NCBI RefSeq assembly: GCF_030028105.1
Contig: NC_092396.1
Span: 15,955,820 to 16,019,819 of the forward strand
Direction of reading: 5' to 3'
Origin: Mobula birostris
Taxonomy: Eukaryota
Length of the DNA stretch: 64,000 bases
Notes under the pieces: model-generated
Databases searched by the model: none
Seen by the model: only the letters and a program-made list of their open reading frames with translations
What the model was told of the DNA's origin: nothing
In this document: in pieces, positions 24,934-37,652 of the stretch
Layout: each line of letters opens with the position of its first letter
Position numbering within the stretch: position 1 is the stretch's first letter
Position numbers and translations under genes: made by a program

Positions 24934-26230
24934 GGTACTGAAAATAAAAGAAGCAAAGGCCGTTGGAAAGAGAAAGTGTTGAAAAGCCACACAAACAAAA
25001 AAAAGGACCGACATGATAAGGAACCAGTGAAGTTATCAAACAGAGGGGAGGCGCAGCAGATTTAACACTTAACACTCTAAAACTTTGGGAAAATGAAATT
25101 GTTTTGGAATGACGGTCAGGTGGGAGAGGTAGCAAGTTGTATGCAATATGGGATGTTTATATATACACGATTTATTACATATAATATGCAGATTCGACCC
25201 CCAATAGTCAGTTTAACAACTTCGCTTCTGATGAATTATTATGCATTTTTAATGCAGTATTGCTGCTCTACCGTCCTGTAGGCAATAGTTGTCCTTTCAT
25301 GCTGGTTATAGTAAATGAAACTTAGTGCCCATCTTGCAAAATTTCACCGTTGACTCAGACTGCTGTATCTTCAGACCTGCTCCACAAAATACTCGAAGGC
25401 CTTCAGAGGGTAAGTACTGGGAGTCTGGATCCCCCTGGATGGAGGGGAGTGTTTTAGGATGAGGGTCCGGCGCTCAATGCCTTCTAAGCAAAGATAATCT
25501 GAGGCAGTACTGAAATGAACGGGTCAAGGGATGTTGGTGAGGTTGAACAGTGGATGAAAGTGAATCCGACCGGGATATTCAATCGCACTCACAGGGCAGA
25601 GTGACCTGCCCTGATCCGAGTTTTTATATCCCAGAGTCTTTCGCACATTCTCCAGACTAACCCGCAGCGAATTGCCATCGGATCAGGTGCACGTGGAATG
25701 TTATCCTTAAATGATCATTATATATCTGAATCAAAATAATACAATATAATTTACTTGTTGGTTTTAATTATCTGCTCGCAGGACCCACTAGCAATACTCG
25801 GCGCTTATCCATCAAAAAACTGTTCACGGAGAACAGGGAGGGTCAGATGTTGCTTTGCACGTTAACTCGAACTGGCTTTCTCGCAAACGATCAAAAGAGA
25901 ACACGGCCGTTATTAAACCGTCGGACAAGCCTTAGCCTCCGTCAATGTCACGTTGCTGATTGTGGGTGCATTTTGTGCGCAAGTTGATTGGCTTGTTCCC
26001 TAAAATACCGGTCACAATACCATTTGTTGAAACAGGCTTGATCTTTCTCCATGAACAGCTACTCTTTTATATATGGAGCTCTCATATAGAGAGCTAGAGT
26101 TACGGGTTCTGCTAGCAGATAATTAAAACCAGCAAGTAAATTATTCGTATTATTATGATTCAACTATATAATGATCATTTGAAGAGAACTTTGCACTGAG
26201 ATTCCTTTACGCGCAATTAACACAATTGAC

Positions 26231-26471
26231 GCAACTCACGGAGAATGGGGGGCGAGTGACCCAGGTGTCTGTTCATCCGCGGGTCAGTGTACTGTGTGTG
26301 AAGTGATGATAAATAGAGGGGCTTGCGGAGAAGTAAACCCGGAGCCTCGTTGGAAGCGCTGCCATTTAGTGGTGTGGGAAAGGCAGAAAGCGCTAATAAC
26401 CGTAACACGGAGAATCTAAACGCGACTTTCTTCCCCAGGAGACAGCTGGCGTCTCTCCATTCAGTTCATCG
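26231..26471 (+). repeat. Conserved non-coding block C, copy 1
   Basis: Highly similar to 41231-41473; conserved RBPJ consensus TGTGGGAA at 26373-26380. Confidence 0.9.
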
Positions 26472-27269
26472 TACAGCACCCCACCTTCTTCCAGTCCCGA
26501 GCCCTGCCCTCGCTGGCTGAACGAAAATGCCTAGGTTTGTGAACAATCTCCGTGGCTTTTCAAGCTCTTCCTTCACTCCCAACCATGAGTGTTCAAAGTT
26601 CAAAGTAAATTTAGTATCAAAGTACGGATACTACCCTGGGATTTATTTTCTTGCAGGCATTCAGAGTAGAACAAAGAAGTACAATAGAATCAATGAAAAA
26701 CTACACACAAAGACTGACAGGCAACCAATGTGCGAAAGAAGACAAACTGCGCAAATACAAAAAAAAGTGAATAAATAAGTAAATAAATAATACTGAGAAC
26801 ATGAGTAGTAAAGTCCTTGAAAGTGATTCTATAGATTGTGTTCAGTATTGTGGTAAGAGGCGAATGATCAAAGAAGGAAAGACCAACCCACATTTGTCAG
26901 AACTACTTTCTCGAGGTTCTTTCTAAGATATCGAAATTAGAATTGGTAATCGTTTTATAGTATCAGAGAATTAGCAAACTAGTAATATAATTTTTTATTA
27001 TGAGAAAGTCCCTTATAACAAACCTAGGTGGAGGGGCATCTCGTGATATAGTAACAGGATATAGATAGACGGTGAGTGGACAAAAGACGGGCAAATGGGG
27101 TTTAATTTGGGGAGGTGTGACTTCATGCGCACATTCTGTAAAAAAAACAAAAGGCAGAGTATTATATAAATGAGAGAGACTGCAAATGAGTTAAGTACAG
27201 AGGGATTAAAGTGCTTCAGTGCTTTCAAGCATAAATGGCAGAAATCTAGCGGGCAGGACCTACAGGTGG

Positions 27270-27515
27270 CCACACCTGTATCTCCCAGTGGCCACACATT
27301 TTAATTCCACCTCCCATTCCCATTCTGATATGTCTATCCACGGCCTCCTCTACTGTAAAGATGAAGCCACACTCAGGCTGGAGGAACAACACCTTATATT
27401 CCGTCTGGGTAGCCTCCAACCTGATGGTATGAACATTGACTTCTCTAACTTCCGCTAACGCCCCACCTCCCCCTCGTACCCCATCCGTTATTTATTTATA
27501 TACACACATTCTTTC

Positions 27516-27571
<56 letters not shown>

Positions 27572-27891
27572 TTTTCTCCCTCTGTCCCTCTGACTATACC
27601 CCTTGCCCATCCTCTGGGTCTTTCCCCCCCTCCCCCCTTTCCCTGGGCCTCCTGTCCCATGATCCTCTCATATCCCTTTTGCCAATCAATTGTCCAGCTC
27701 TTGGCTCCATCATTCCCCCTCCTGTTTTCTCCTATCATTTTGGATCTACCCCTCCCCCCCACTTTCAAATCTCTTGCTAGCTCTTCCTTCAGTTAGTCCT
27801 GACGAAGGGTCTCGGCCCGAAACGTCGACTGTACCTCTTCCTAGAGATGTTGCCTGGCCTGCTGTGTTCACCAGCAACTTTTATGTGTGTT
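27270..27891 (+). mobile_element. Penelope-like element 3' part (GIY-YIG C-terminus plus terminal repeat), 17-bp TSD
   Basis: ORF end PVATHFNSTSHSHSDMSIHGLLYC...LEEQHLIFRLGSLQPDGMNIDFSNF; GCAGGACCTACAGGTGG duplicated at 27253-27269 and 27892-27908. Confidence 0.92.
27795..27830 (+). ncRNA. Minimal (Penelope-type) hammerhead ribozyme motif, intact copy
   Basis: Stem I AGTC/GACT, core CTGACGA, stem II GGG-tctcgg-CCC, GAAA, palindromic loop-less stem III ACGT, predicted GUC cleavage site at 27824-27826. Confidence 0.75.
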
Positions 27892-28874
27892 GCAGGACCT
27901 ACAGGTGGTTTTTCTCCATTGCAAAGTTCTAAAATCGTGAGCTTTGTTGTATTTTTACAGGGTGTTGATGAGGAGTCACCTGGAATATTGTGTGCAATTT
28001 TGGTCCTCTCACCTATATAAAAATATACTAAACATTGGAATCACTGCAAATGAGGATTTATTGGGCTTGTTCCTGGGATAATAGGCTTGTCCTGCCAAGA
28101 GAGACTAATAGCATTCCTTGGAGTTTATCAAAACGAGACTGACCTTATGCAAGATCCTAAGGGGACTTGGCAGGGTAGATGTGCAGATGTTGACTCAAGA
28201 ATCTCAAACAAAGGGACATAACTACAAAATAGGGGGTCAATGGTTTGGTTGGAATTTCCTTTTGTGCAGAGTGATGAATCTCTGGAATTCTCTGCTGTCA
28301 GGAGGTAGAATTATTTGAAGGACATAAATATTTGATTATTTGAGAGGAATAACGGTACAAGAAAGAAACTGAGGCCAGCTTAGGTCAGACATAATCGTAT
28401 TAGATGGCAGGGCAGACTTGAAGGGATTGATAGCCTACTTCTGTTCCTATTTTCCTGTGTTCTTAGTTGAAGGGCGACTCCACTCCTGTTCTACAGGTCC
28501 TGGACTCTACTCCGCAGCTAATTATCTGATGGTACTTTGCCACAGTACCTGACTGACAAGAAGTTTGGAAGGTCATGTGCCATCTGAAAGACAACAATTC
28601 CCAGTTCCTCAGGAATGAAATTCTGAAACTGGTTAGAGGAGAATTCAATTACAAATTCACAACCACATTTCCAGCTGCTTCCTGAATTGCAGCGAGGATT
28701 TAGCCTCATCCTGAGGTATTTTGGCGTTTTTTGATGCATCAACTCCTTGAGAAATGCAGAGAGCAGTAACCACTGCAGTTGGCCGTCTTTGACCTCACTA
28801 TAATTTTTGACGTTATATATTATGGAGGTATGAAGAGCATCGTTCTCAAACTTCGACAGAAATTCACCTTCACC

Positions 28875-29170
28875 TTAGATAAAGTGGACATGGAGAGGGT
28901 GTTTCCTATTGTGGGGCAGCCTAGGACCAGGGGGCATTGCTTCAGAATACAAGAAAGTCCCTTTAGAACAGAGGTGAGGAGGTATTTCTTTAGCCAGGTG
29001 AAGGGTGATGAAGCTGTGTATTGGGTCATTGGGTATATTTAAAACAGAGGTTGAAAGGTTCTTATTTAGTAAGGGTGTGAAAGGTTACCGGGCAGGAAAA
29101 TGCAGTTAAGCAAGATAATATATCAGCCATGATGGAATGATGAAACAAACGAGATGGGCAGAACGATCTC
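28875..29170 (+). mobile_element. CR1 LINE 3' end
   Basis: DKVDMERVFP...RTRGH...FRTEVRRYFFSQ and 3' tail. Confidence 0.75.
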
Positions 29171-29656
29171 CTAAGTCTTAAGTCTTAAATCACAAGGGTA
29201 TATAAATGGTGATCTCAACTAATTGCTTTTCATCTATTAGTTGACACACTCTTATTGGTGACTGCTATCAAGCAAGATGCGACCTTTTGCCAACTGGTTA
29301 CCTAATATAACAGAAATCCACGATATTCTTTACATTGTACATATTTATTAAAATAGTATATTATTTAATTATGTAGTTATGTTGCCGAAATATTCAGAAT
29401 CTTACTGATTGTCAGTCACCTTTATTTCCATTACTAGAGCCTCACTTTCGCTGTATATTCCTAACTAGTTTCGATCGGTAAAAGATTCGAACCCTTATTT
29501 ACAACAGTGTTGATTGAGAATCTTGTCTCACGAGTATAATTGTATTTGGGATAGGATTGCTGGTAAAATGTCGTCGTGTTTTGATTATTTACATATGAAA
29601 CTTCCTCCAAGGATCTGGAAAGATAGATTGTCGCCTGGTTGCCCTGTGGAGAACAT

Positions 29657-29751
29657 TGCTGACTCATTGTATTGTATTATGCTGACTCATTGTATTGTAT
29701 TATGCTGACTCATTGTATTGTATTATGCTGACTCATTGTATTGTATTATGC
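29657..29751 (+). repeat. Perfect minisatellite, 4 x 23 bp (TGCTGACTCATTGTATTGTATTA)
   Basis: Units start at 29657, 29680, 29703 and 29726. Confidence 0.95.
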
Positions 29752-29950
29752 CTAGAGAGCCGACGAATCATCATCTTCCCTTCTAAGTTCACTGCAAAGC
29801 GGCTTTAATAATACAATTGCAGACATTATTCAATTTTAAAATGTAGAAAGTAAATTCAAAGGGTTACCGCTCCAAACCGTCCCAAATGAAGACTGTAGGG
29901 TCTTGTCTTAACATTCTTTTTTTTTAGCTTGGGCGAGCTTTTAGCGGTAA

Positions 29951-30140
29951 GAAATGGGAGGGTCGAGGGAAGCTGTGAGATCTCTGAGCAGAAAATTGTG
30001 ATTGTGTCAGAACATGGAGACCACTAACACGGCGCTGGCTTTGAGAGCAGAGCGTGAAACGGATTTGCCATTTACCACAGAGCAAGAAATGAACGTTGAA
30101 TAGCACCCCCACTAAGATATTGGCCGCCAAAGCCCTGTCA

Positions 30141-30187
<47 letters not shown>

Positions 30188-30240
30188 CAATTTTTCGGTT
30201 CATTTTCCCCTGTGGGATGTACATCGCCGACCAAAATGCC
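29951..30240 (+). repeat. Conserved non-coding block B, copy 2 (with expanded (CA)n)
   Basis: Homologous to B1, B3 and B4; CA tract expanded at about 30143-30183. Confidence 0.9.
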
Positions 30241-30639
30241 CCACCTCACTTTTTTCCCATATATAGTATTTCTGTTTTTTTGCATGATTTTTAATCTATT
30301 CAATATACATATACTGTATAAAGTATACTGAACAAGATATACTTTATTATTATTATTTCTTCTATATTATGTATTGCATTAAACTACTGCTACTAAGTTA
30401 ACAAATTTCACGTCACATTCTGTGATAATAAATCTGATTCTGAGATGACGCTCCTGGCCATGAGCGAGTACATAATCGAATTTGTTCAAAATTACGCATA
30501 AGTATTTAAATAATGTAGGCTCCATAAGTGTCTGGAAAACTATACAGTGGTCACAAACTCAAACGAAATCCTTCAAAATTCTGAAGCCACCATCTGTAAT
30601 CAGGGAAATGAGAAATCAAAAAGAAATGACAGCCCCTGA

Positions 30640-30743
30640 CAGTCAGCACATTCCCGCCCTGTAACCCACACACCGCGTAGAGTCAATTTTTTTTTTGCTT
30701 CATGTTCCCATCAGTGAGGGACACCGCCGCCCAAGATGCGGGT
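30640..30743 (+). repeat. Partial, diverged extra copy of the 3' half of block B
   Basis: cgccctgtaacccacacac...gagggacaccgccgcccaagatgcgg matches the B3/B4 tail gaggga(c)(a/g)ccgccgccca(a/g)g(a/c)tgcgg. Confidence 0.7.
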
Positions 30744-32949
30744 CCCTGTTCTCCGAGGCTTGTCTCTGTCTGGTGGTCTCCGAGTCAAACCAAAAGGATT
30801 AAAATCTTTACATGTCAAAGCAACAAGTAACAGAATAAGGTTTAGAAACGCCGCTTTTCTGGAAGTAAGGGAATTTGGCCTCGCTCCGGATCAAGTGCAT
30901 GCGCCAAAAGCCAGGAAAACAAGTTAAAAGTTTCACTAAATAAATTAAGAAGTCTCGCATGTTTGTATCGGATCTGTTCAGCCATTGTGGCCTACACACT
31001 GAATAAACTGTCCTCGCTCTGTCCTCCGAACCTGGTGTTATAGACAACATGTAACTCTGAATGTTGGCTTTCATCCCACTGCCATCTTCAACGTTTGGAT
31101 TCCAGGCTTGGACATGGAGTCCCGTAACACGGAAAGAGTTTTCCACAACACACGGCACATACATTCTAATTGGAGAGAGTGAAAGATTCATTCTGACAGA
31201 GAACCTGTTACGGAAACTAATCTCACTTTTCAGTTTTCTGTCTGTAGTCTTGTCGATTACAACGTATAAAATGCTCATCCCGGTACATTTTACTATCATT
31301 GATGTTTTATCCCCCGCCACATTTTAAGATTGTGGTTACTTGACCCCAATACTCTGTGTGAGCACAAAACCCTCCCCTCTGTTCTAATTTTTCTGCCAAT
31401 TATTTTCATTTGATGGCATTGGTTACCGACCACCGTGCGGAGGGATGGGAAATCGTAATTTTATACACACCCACTAAACTCCTTTATTGCAAGGTAAATG
31501 ATGCAGGACTATTTACTCTTTCGTCATAATTAAAATTCTCCGGCCATTGTGCCATCTTCCAGCGTTATCTCCTCACTCGTATCAGATAATTTCTGTAATA
31601 TTGACATGAACAACCCACAACACAGTTGCTGTGGCATCGCCAGCATTTTACATCATGCCTCACTTATTCATATCTTCAATGTCTTTGGCAGTTAAGGAAA
31701 GTATCCCATGTTTCGTCTCTCTTATTTTGTCTAACATCTCAGCATTTTATCCATCAACCTACTGAATTTTTCCAGTATTTTTTTGTTTTTATTTCAGATT
31801 TCCATCGTCTTCCTTTTTTACCTTCCAGGTTGACTATCAATCCTGTTAACATTAGGTGTGTATGGACATACACTCTCCTCTATTCCTCTGCTCTTCTACG
31901 TATCCAGCTACTTACTGAATATTCCCTCTGGAAGTGCGTTCTTTTATACAGTATGTCTCTGGAGGAATAGCATGTGCCTCTTTTCTGTTTGCATCCCTAA
32001 TACCGCCCCCCCCCCCCGCCTCCGTTACTTGTGGTTTTACTCTTGGCTTAATCACGCGTTCAGGCTTGACACCTACATACATCTTAAACACGATATCTAC
32101 CTTCAAGTTTAATTTACTGGCAAACAGAACAAAAAGGCAAAGAGACCCGTGGGCAGCTTAATGCGAACAACTTCCAATCGCTAAAACTCAGGTGCAGTTT
32201 TACTCCTTGCATTTACCACCCAGCCAAATTTGGATCCAATTTACCACATTCCTTGGAATGGGAATGGCAACCGCTTTTACTTTCCTGATCAGTCTGTCCT
32301 GTGAGATGTTGTAGAACATCTTGCTGTGGCTGCGATCTCTGCAGGCTACATCAAACCTTATTTCCTCATGCACTCATTGACTATCTTTACGGACCTCCTC
32401 AAGGCTAAATTATTAGCCAGATACCTTCTTCCCTTTCCTTATCCACATTAACTGTCCTTGATCAACCTGCACCTTTCGAAATGATAATTTGTAAATTCCA
32501 TTCAGAATTCTTTCTAATAATTCAGGAAGGCAGCTCATCACCGCCTTCTCAAGGGCAATTTGGGATTAGGAATAAACACTGGTTTAGCTGGCGATGCCCA
32601 TATCCCGTAAATGAATAATTTTAAAAATGCCCACCACCGATGTTAAAATGGTTGCTCTTAGATTACCTTTCTTCCCTAATTCTGATGTTTACTGTGAACA
32701 ATAATTGAGCCTCTTGACCATGTCAGTAAGTTTTTATGCATTGAGTTGGTACCACATGATTGGCTGATATTTGCATTAATGAACAGATGTACAGGTGTAC
32801 CTAATAAAGTGGCCATTGTGTATTTTATCAAACCGTTCTTATTTATCTGATTTTAAGTGCGTTAAATTCTTTAATATTTCGTCTCTCCCCCCCCCCCTTC
32901 TCTAGACCCATAACCATATATCCGTTTTTGCAAAGATGGCGGCGCCAAA

Positions 32950-34065
32950 GAGTACAGGCGACGTTTCGGGCCGAGACCCTTCGGCAGGACTGGAGGAAAG
33001 AAAGATGAGATGTCGATTTAAGAGGTGGGGGGAGGGGTGGAAAAACACAAGGTGATCGGTAAAACCGGGAGGGTGAACGGGTGAAGTAAAGAGTTGGGAA
33101 GTTGATTAGTGAGAGACATACAGGGCTGGAGAAGACGGGATCTAGTGGGAGAGGACAAAAGGCCATGGAAGAAAGAAAAAGAGGGAGGAGTACCAGACGG
33201 AGGCGATGGGTAAGCAAGGAGATAAGGTGAGAGAGGGAAAAGGGGATGGGAAATAGAAAAGGAGGGAGGCATAACAGGAAATTCGAAAATTTCATGCTCA
33301 TGCCATCAGGTTGGAGGCTACCCAGGCGGAATACAAGGTATTGCTCCTCCAACCTGAACCTGGCCTCATCGCGACAGTAGAGGAGGACATGGATGGACAT
33401 GTCGGAATGGGAATGGGAAGCGGAATTAAAATAGGTAACCATTGGGAGATCCCGCTTTTTCTGGCCGACGGAGCGTAGGTACTCGGCGAAGCCGTCTCCC
33501 AATATACGTCGGGTCTCACCAATATAAAAGAGGCCACACGGGGAGCACCGGATACAATAGATGAACCCAACAGTCTGACAGGTGAAGTGTCGCCTCACCT
33601 GGAAGGACTGTTTGGGGCTGGAAATGGTATTGAGGGAGGAGGTGTAGCACTTGTTCGGTTTGCAAGGATAAGTGCCAGGAGGGAGATCAATGGGGACGGG
33701 TGAATGCACAAGGGAGTCGCGTAGGGAGCGATCCCTGCGGAAAGCAGAAAGTGGGAGGGAGGGGGAGATGTGCTTGACGGTGGGATCTCGTTGGAGATGC
33801 GGAAGTTACGGAGAATATGCGCTGGACACGGAGACTGGTGGAGTGCTAGAATGGGGCAAGAGGAACCCTATCCCTGGTGAGGTGGCGGGAGGATGGGGTG
33901 AGGGGAAACGTGCACGGAGTGGAAGAAATGTGGTTGAGAGCGTTGATGGCGGACGAAGGGAAACCCCTTTCTGTGAAGAAGCAGGGTACCTCCTTCGTTC
34001 CGAGACGAAAAGCCTCATCCTGAGAGCAGATGCGGCGGAGACAGAGGAATTGAGAAAAGGGGTCG
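32950..34065 (-). mobile_element. Penelope-like element 3' part with GIY-YIG endonuclease
   Basis: ORF 32843-33709 with GFIYCIRCSPCGLFYIGETRR and LEEQYLVFRLGSLQPDGM; terminal hammerhead motif at about 32955-32992. Confidence 0.92.
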
Positions 34066-34809
34066 GAAGAGGTATTGAATTGTCGGCATGGTCACGATGG
34101 GCCGATCGGCCTGTATCCACACTGTATGTGTCTGTGCCACTTGATCAAGTTCGTACGCGGAGAACGGCCAGCAGAATCTCTAGACTCTAAACTCCAGAGC
34201 TTGGAGATAATTCCTGTAAACCGCCTTGTGCTTCACATTCCTGAGCTGTTACTGACCCAAGCTGCCGAAAATAGAAAACTCGTTGGACCTCGTTCATTTT
34301 ACTTTATAAAACATCTCTTCTGCTTATTGGGAATAAACAACTCATCTGAAATTGGCACTATCGGAAAAGGGTGCATTCATTCCGTAAAACAATAACTCTG
34401 CTTCTTATCCACAAAACATAAATTACAATGAATGAAATAGTTATGAACACGTTCATATCCTATCATTGGAATAGAAAACTTTAAGTAATGAGGTCGAATC
34501 CATATATTCATTCGAACTTAGCATGAGGATACTGTTCTCTTAACATCTCGCCGAGTTTACGAAAATTGCAGGGAAATCAGATCCGATGGGAATCTCTTCA
34601 CGTTTCCAATATTTGTTGTCATGTTTCGCTCAACCATCTCAAGGTAATTGGTGGAAAGAGAAAGTCAGTTAACTTTTCAGCTCTGACCGCATCTTAACGT
34701 CTGAAGCGCTTAATGGGTTTCTCTTCGCACAGATGTTGCCTTATCTGCTGAGTGTTTCCAACATTTACTTTATTTCAGATTTTCAGTGTCTGCAGATTGT
34801 TTTAATTTT

Positions 34810-34921
34810 AAAGTGTTTAGTGAGACGCATTCTTAATTGAGCAATTGACGGTTCTAATATTTCCTTTCTTTAGTATCTGATATTAGTTACTCAATTAAGA
34901 ATGTGTCTCACTAAACACTTT
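34810..34921. repeat. 38-bp inverted repeat with 36-nt spacer (hairpin / MITE-like)
   Basis: aaagtgtttagtgagacgcattcttaattgagcaattg (34810-34847) versus tagttactcaattaagaatgtgtctcactaaacacttt (34884-34921). Confidence 0.85.
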
Positions 34922-37652
34922 TTAAGTAATCTGAAAGCAGACGAGCCAGTATTTGTGAAGAGGGAGAGCTGTCATGATATTTTCAGATTTCCAGGAACGC
35001 AGTACAGTATTTCACTCTTCTATCTTTACTGCTGAACGCGATTGAACAGGTCAGAGTGGCTATGCAATATGTAGCCACAGTGATATGTGTTGGTTATGTT
35101 AGTGGGCCAGCAATTCAGAAAGTGAGTCCGCAGGCTATCAAGGCAGTCTGAGGATTTGTACGCACGTTGTTAAAGGAGCTTAAAAATAAATAAAGAGCAG
35201 GTGTCTGTAAAAGTGACCACAACGCTGTAGGATTACTGAAAACCCAGACGAAAGGTTTGGTAGTGGTAATACTAAAGGACTATTCATCTAGAGATCATGA
35301 GTTCAAATCCTCATTTCAATTCACATTCACTCTGGTCAAGGGAGAATCTAATTACTCTTGGTTAATGGCAACTAATTCACTCTTGAAAGCGTCGGTTTAA
35401 TTTAGAAGATGTTATTAGCCGGGAGATAAATAACCTGTGATTCTCAATTGGAGTCCAGGGTCTCGTCAAGCGAGCATGGGCTTGTCAGTTTCACTGTAAG
35501 ACCTTGTCAATTATAATGACATCCTTCTGATCCGAGGTCGAGTCCCGTTTGTCTGCTAAATGACTAACCAGACTCTCTTTTAAAAAATGAGTTGAAGAGG
35601 TCGGGTTGGATGGGAGAGGTGGGAGTGGGGGCGATTCTAACAAATAACAGTGTATGAAGAAACTGCCAGATTATCTTGTCCCCGTTTCATTCCCGAGGCT
35701 ATTCATTCGGAATTTGTGGTGACTTTTGAATTATTATTATTATGTCAATTTGGAAATCAGACATAAAAAATAGAAGTCTTTATCCGACTTGATTTTTGCG
35801 TACAAATGCCTCGTTACCCGATTTCATGCTCCCAACAACTTTAAATTGTGAGCGCAAAATCTTTCAATCTAATTGTATTACAGTTTGAACGCATTAATTT
35901 ATTCGGATTATATTTGTGGGGCCGATAATTTATACTTTAGCCGACATCATTATCTGATTGTAAAATTTATTTTCTTGGAGCGGAACGTGCATGAATTTAT
36001 TTCCGTCCGTTGGCTTGGGACATTTTGATGTGTTGCAGTGCTTTCATAACCACCGCTTTCTTCCAAATTCCTAAAAAAAAGCTATAATATTCCATGCTGT
36101 CCCACAAGCGTGGATATTTAGCCGCCCTTGTTTCCGATAAATCTTGAAATTTCTCACTTGATATTTTGCTGCTCTTTGAAGCAAAATATCCTTTCCCTTC
36201 CTCCACTAACTCCTTGTCTCCGAAACTTCAACCACACTTCCCACAGACACACACAGTGCGCACACACACACACGCCTGAAGGCTGACAAAAAAAGTTATC
36301 CATGTATAGAAATCAAAACCGAGTTAAACTTATGCATCCCGTCTGTGATGAGATAGTTTGAAGAGGGGGAAAAATCAGATTCGTAGAGATTTATGGTCCA
36401 TTTGACCGATTGTGTTCAAGACAACCAAAAATGGATCTGGGATTAATCCCACCCCGACCTACACTCTTCAAATACATTCTGGAGGAGGGTCGCCAGCCAC
36501 GTGTTTGAGAAGCTGATGGTTTGCACAGCATGCAAGAATTTATTTGCAATTCATTACTACTTTGATGATACAGTACTATTGACTCTAGTAGTTCAAAGAC
36601 TGGTACTCTAATGAAATACCGAATTGCCACAATAATGACAACCGAGAAGGCTGTCTGTACCGATGTAAGCAGAGGTCCCACACTCCAGTGGGCGAGTCTT
36701 TGGAGTCTATCAGGTTGCAGGACCCTGTCAGCATTAGTATTCCAGTGAACCAAAAGCCAATAATTCGGGGAGGTTTCCTTTTCAGTTACCATCCGTAAAG
36801 AACATCCGGAATAAATCAACAAATCCCTGTTAAAAAATATTCAGCAAAGGCATGTGACACTCGGCGTGGCTGTGAATCATCACGAAACTGTAGATAAACC
36901 AAAGCAATATCCTAATACCAAATAACAGTTAAAATGAGATCTAGAAGTACGTTTGTGAAAACAATAAACGGTGCGCTAGGATAACCGTGCACCGAGTTAC
37001 TCCCTAGATCCAATCCACGGCGATATTTAATGCATCCCGGAATCCCTTTCCGTCTGGTCTCTTCAATAACATCACAATATTCCATTATATTCTCTCACAT
37101 TTCCTTATCTGGTTTCCCATGTACTGTTGTGCTGGGCAACTGTTCCACAATGCAGCGTATCTCACGGACACACTCCGAGCTTCTGCAGGTCTCTTTCGGA
37201 CCTATGGCCAACAATTATTTTCATTAACCAAAGGATTCTAAAAAAGATAATCTAATTAAACTTTTTTTGGTGGGGGGAGTAATATCTTAAAGACACGTGA
37301 ATAACCTGGGGAATAATATTTAATATTCCTGATTCTTAGTTCACTGTCCCTCGCATATCACCCAATCAAACATCCATGATCTATACAAATCACTATCTAG
37401 TTACACTTCACCTTTCTTCCCTCCAGATGAAACATGCCCCTCCCAACTGGTCCAGTCTTTACCCCCTGTTTAGCTCTCCAGCCTCCGCCTCTTCCCCCGA
37501 TTTATAATGGGAAGATAATATTGTGTCAATTTGCCTGATTATAATTTGTATTCAGACGTGAGAATTGGGATCAGCCGTTCCCCCCACTTCTGTCAGTCTG
37601 ACAGCCTTGCCGGGATCCTCGCCCAGAATTTTGCTGCCATTTTATTTAAATT

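Larger units (their letters stand above)
27020..28460 (+). mobile_element. Degenerate CR1 ORF2 3' half (host of a Penelope insertion)
   Basis: cacctggaatattgtgtgcaattttggtc (HLEYCVQFWS), RVMNLWNSL, CR1 3' tail. Confidence 0.75.

Noticed and set aside
26300-26420. Block C as a C/D box snoRNA (GTGATGA present)
   Set aside because: No CTGA D box conserved in both copies at a suitable distance, and no host gene.
29657-29751. CRISPR-like array
   Set aside because: Head-to-tail repeats without spacers in a eukaryotic genome; a minisatellite.
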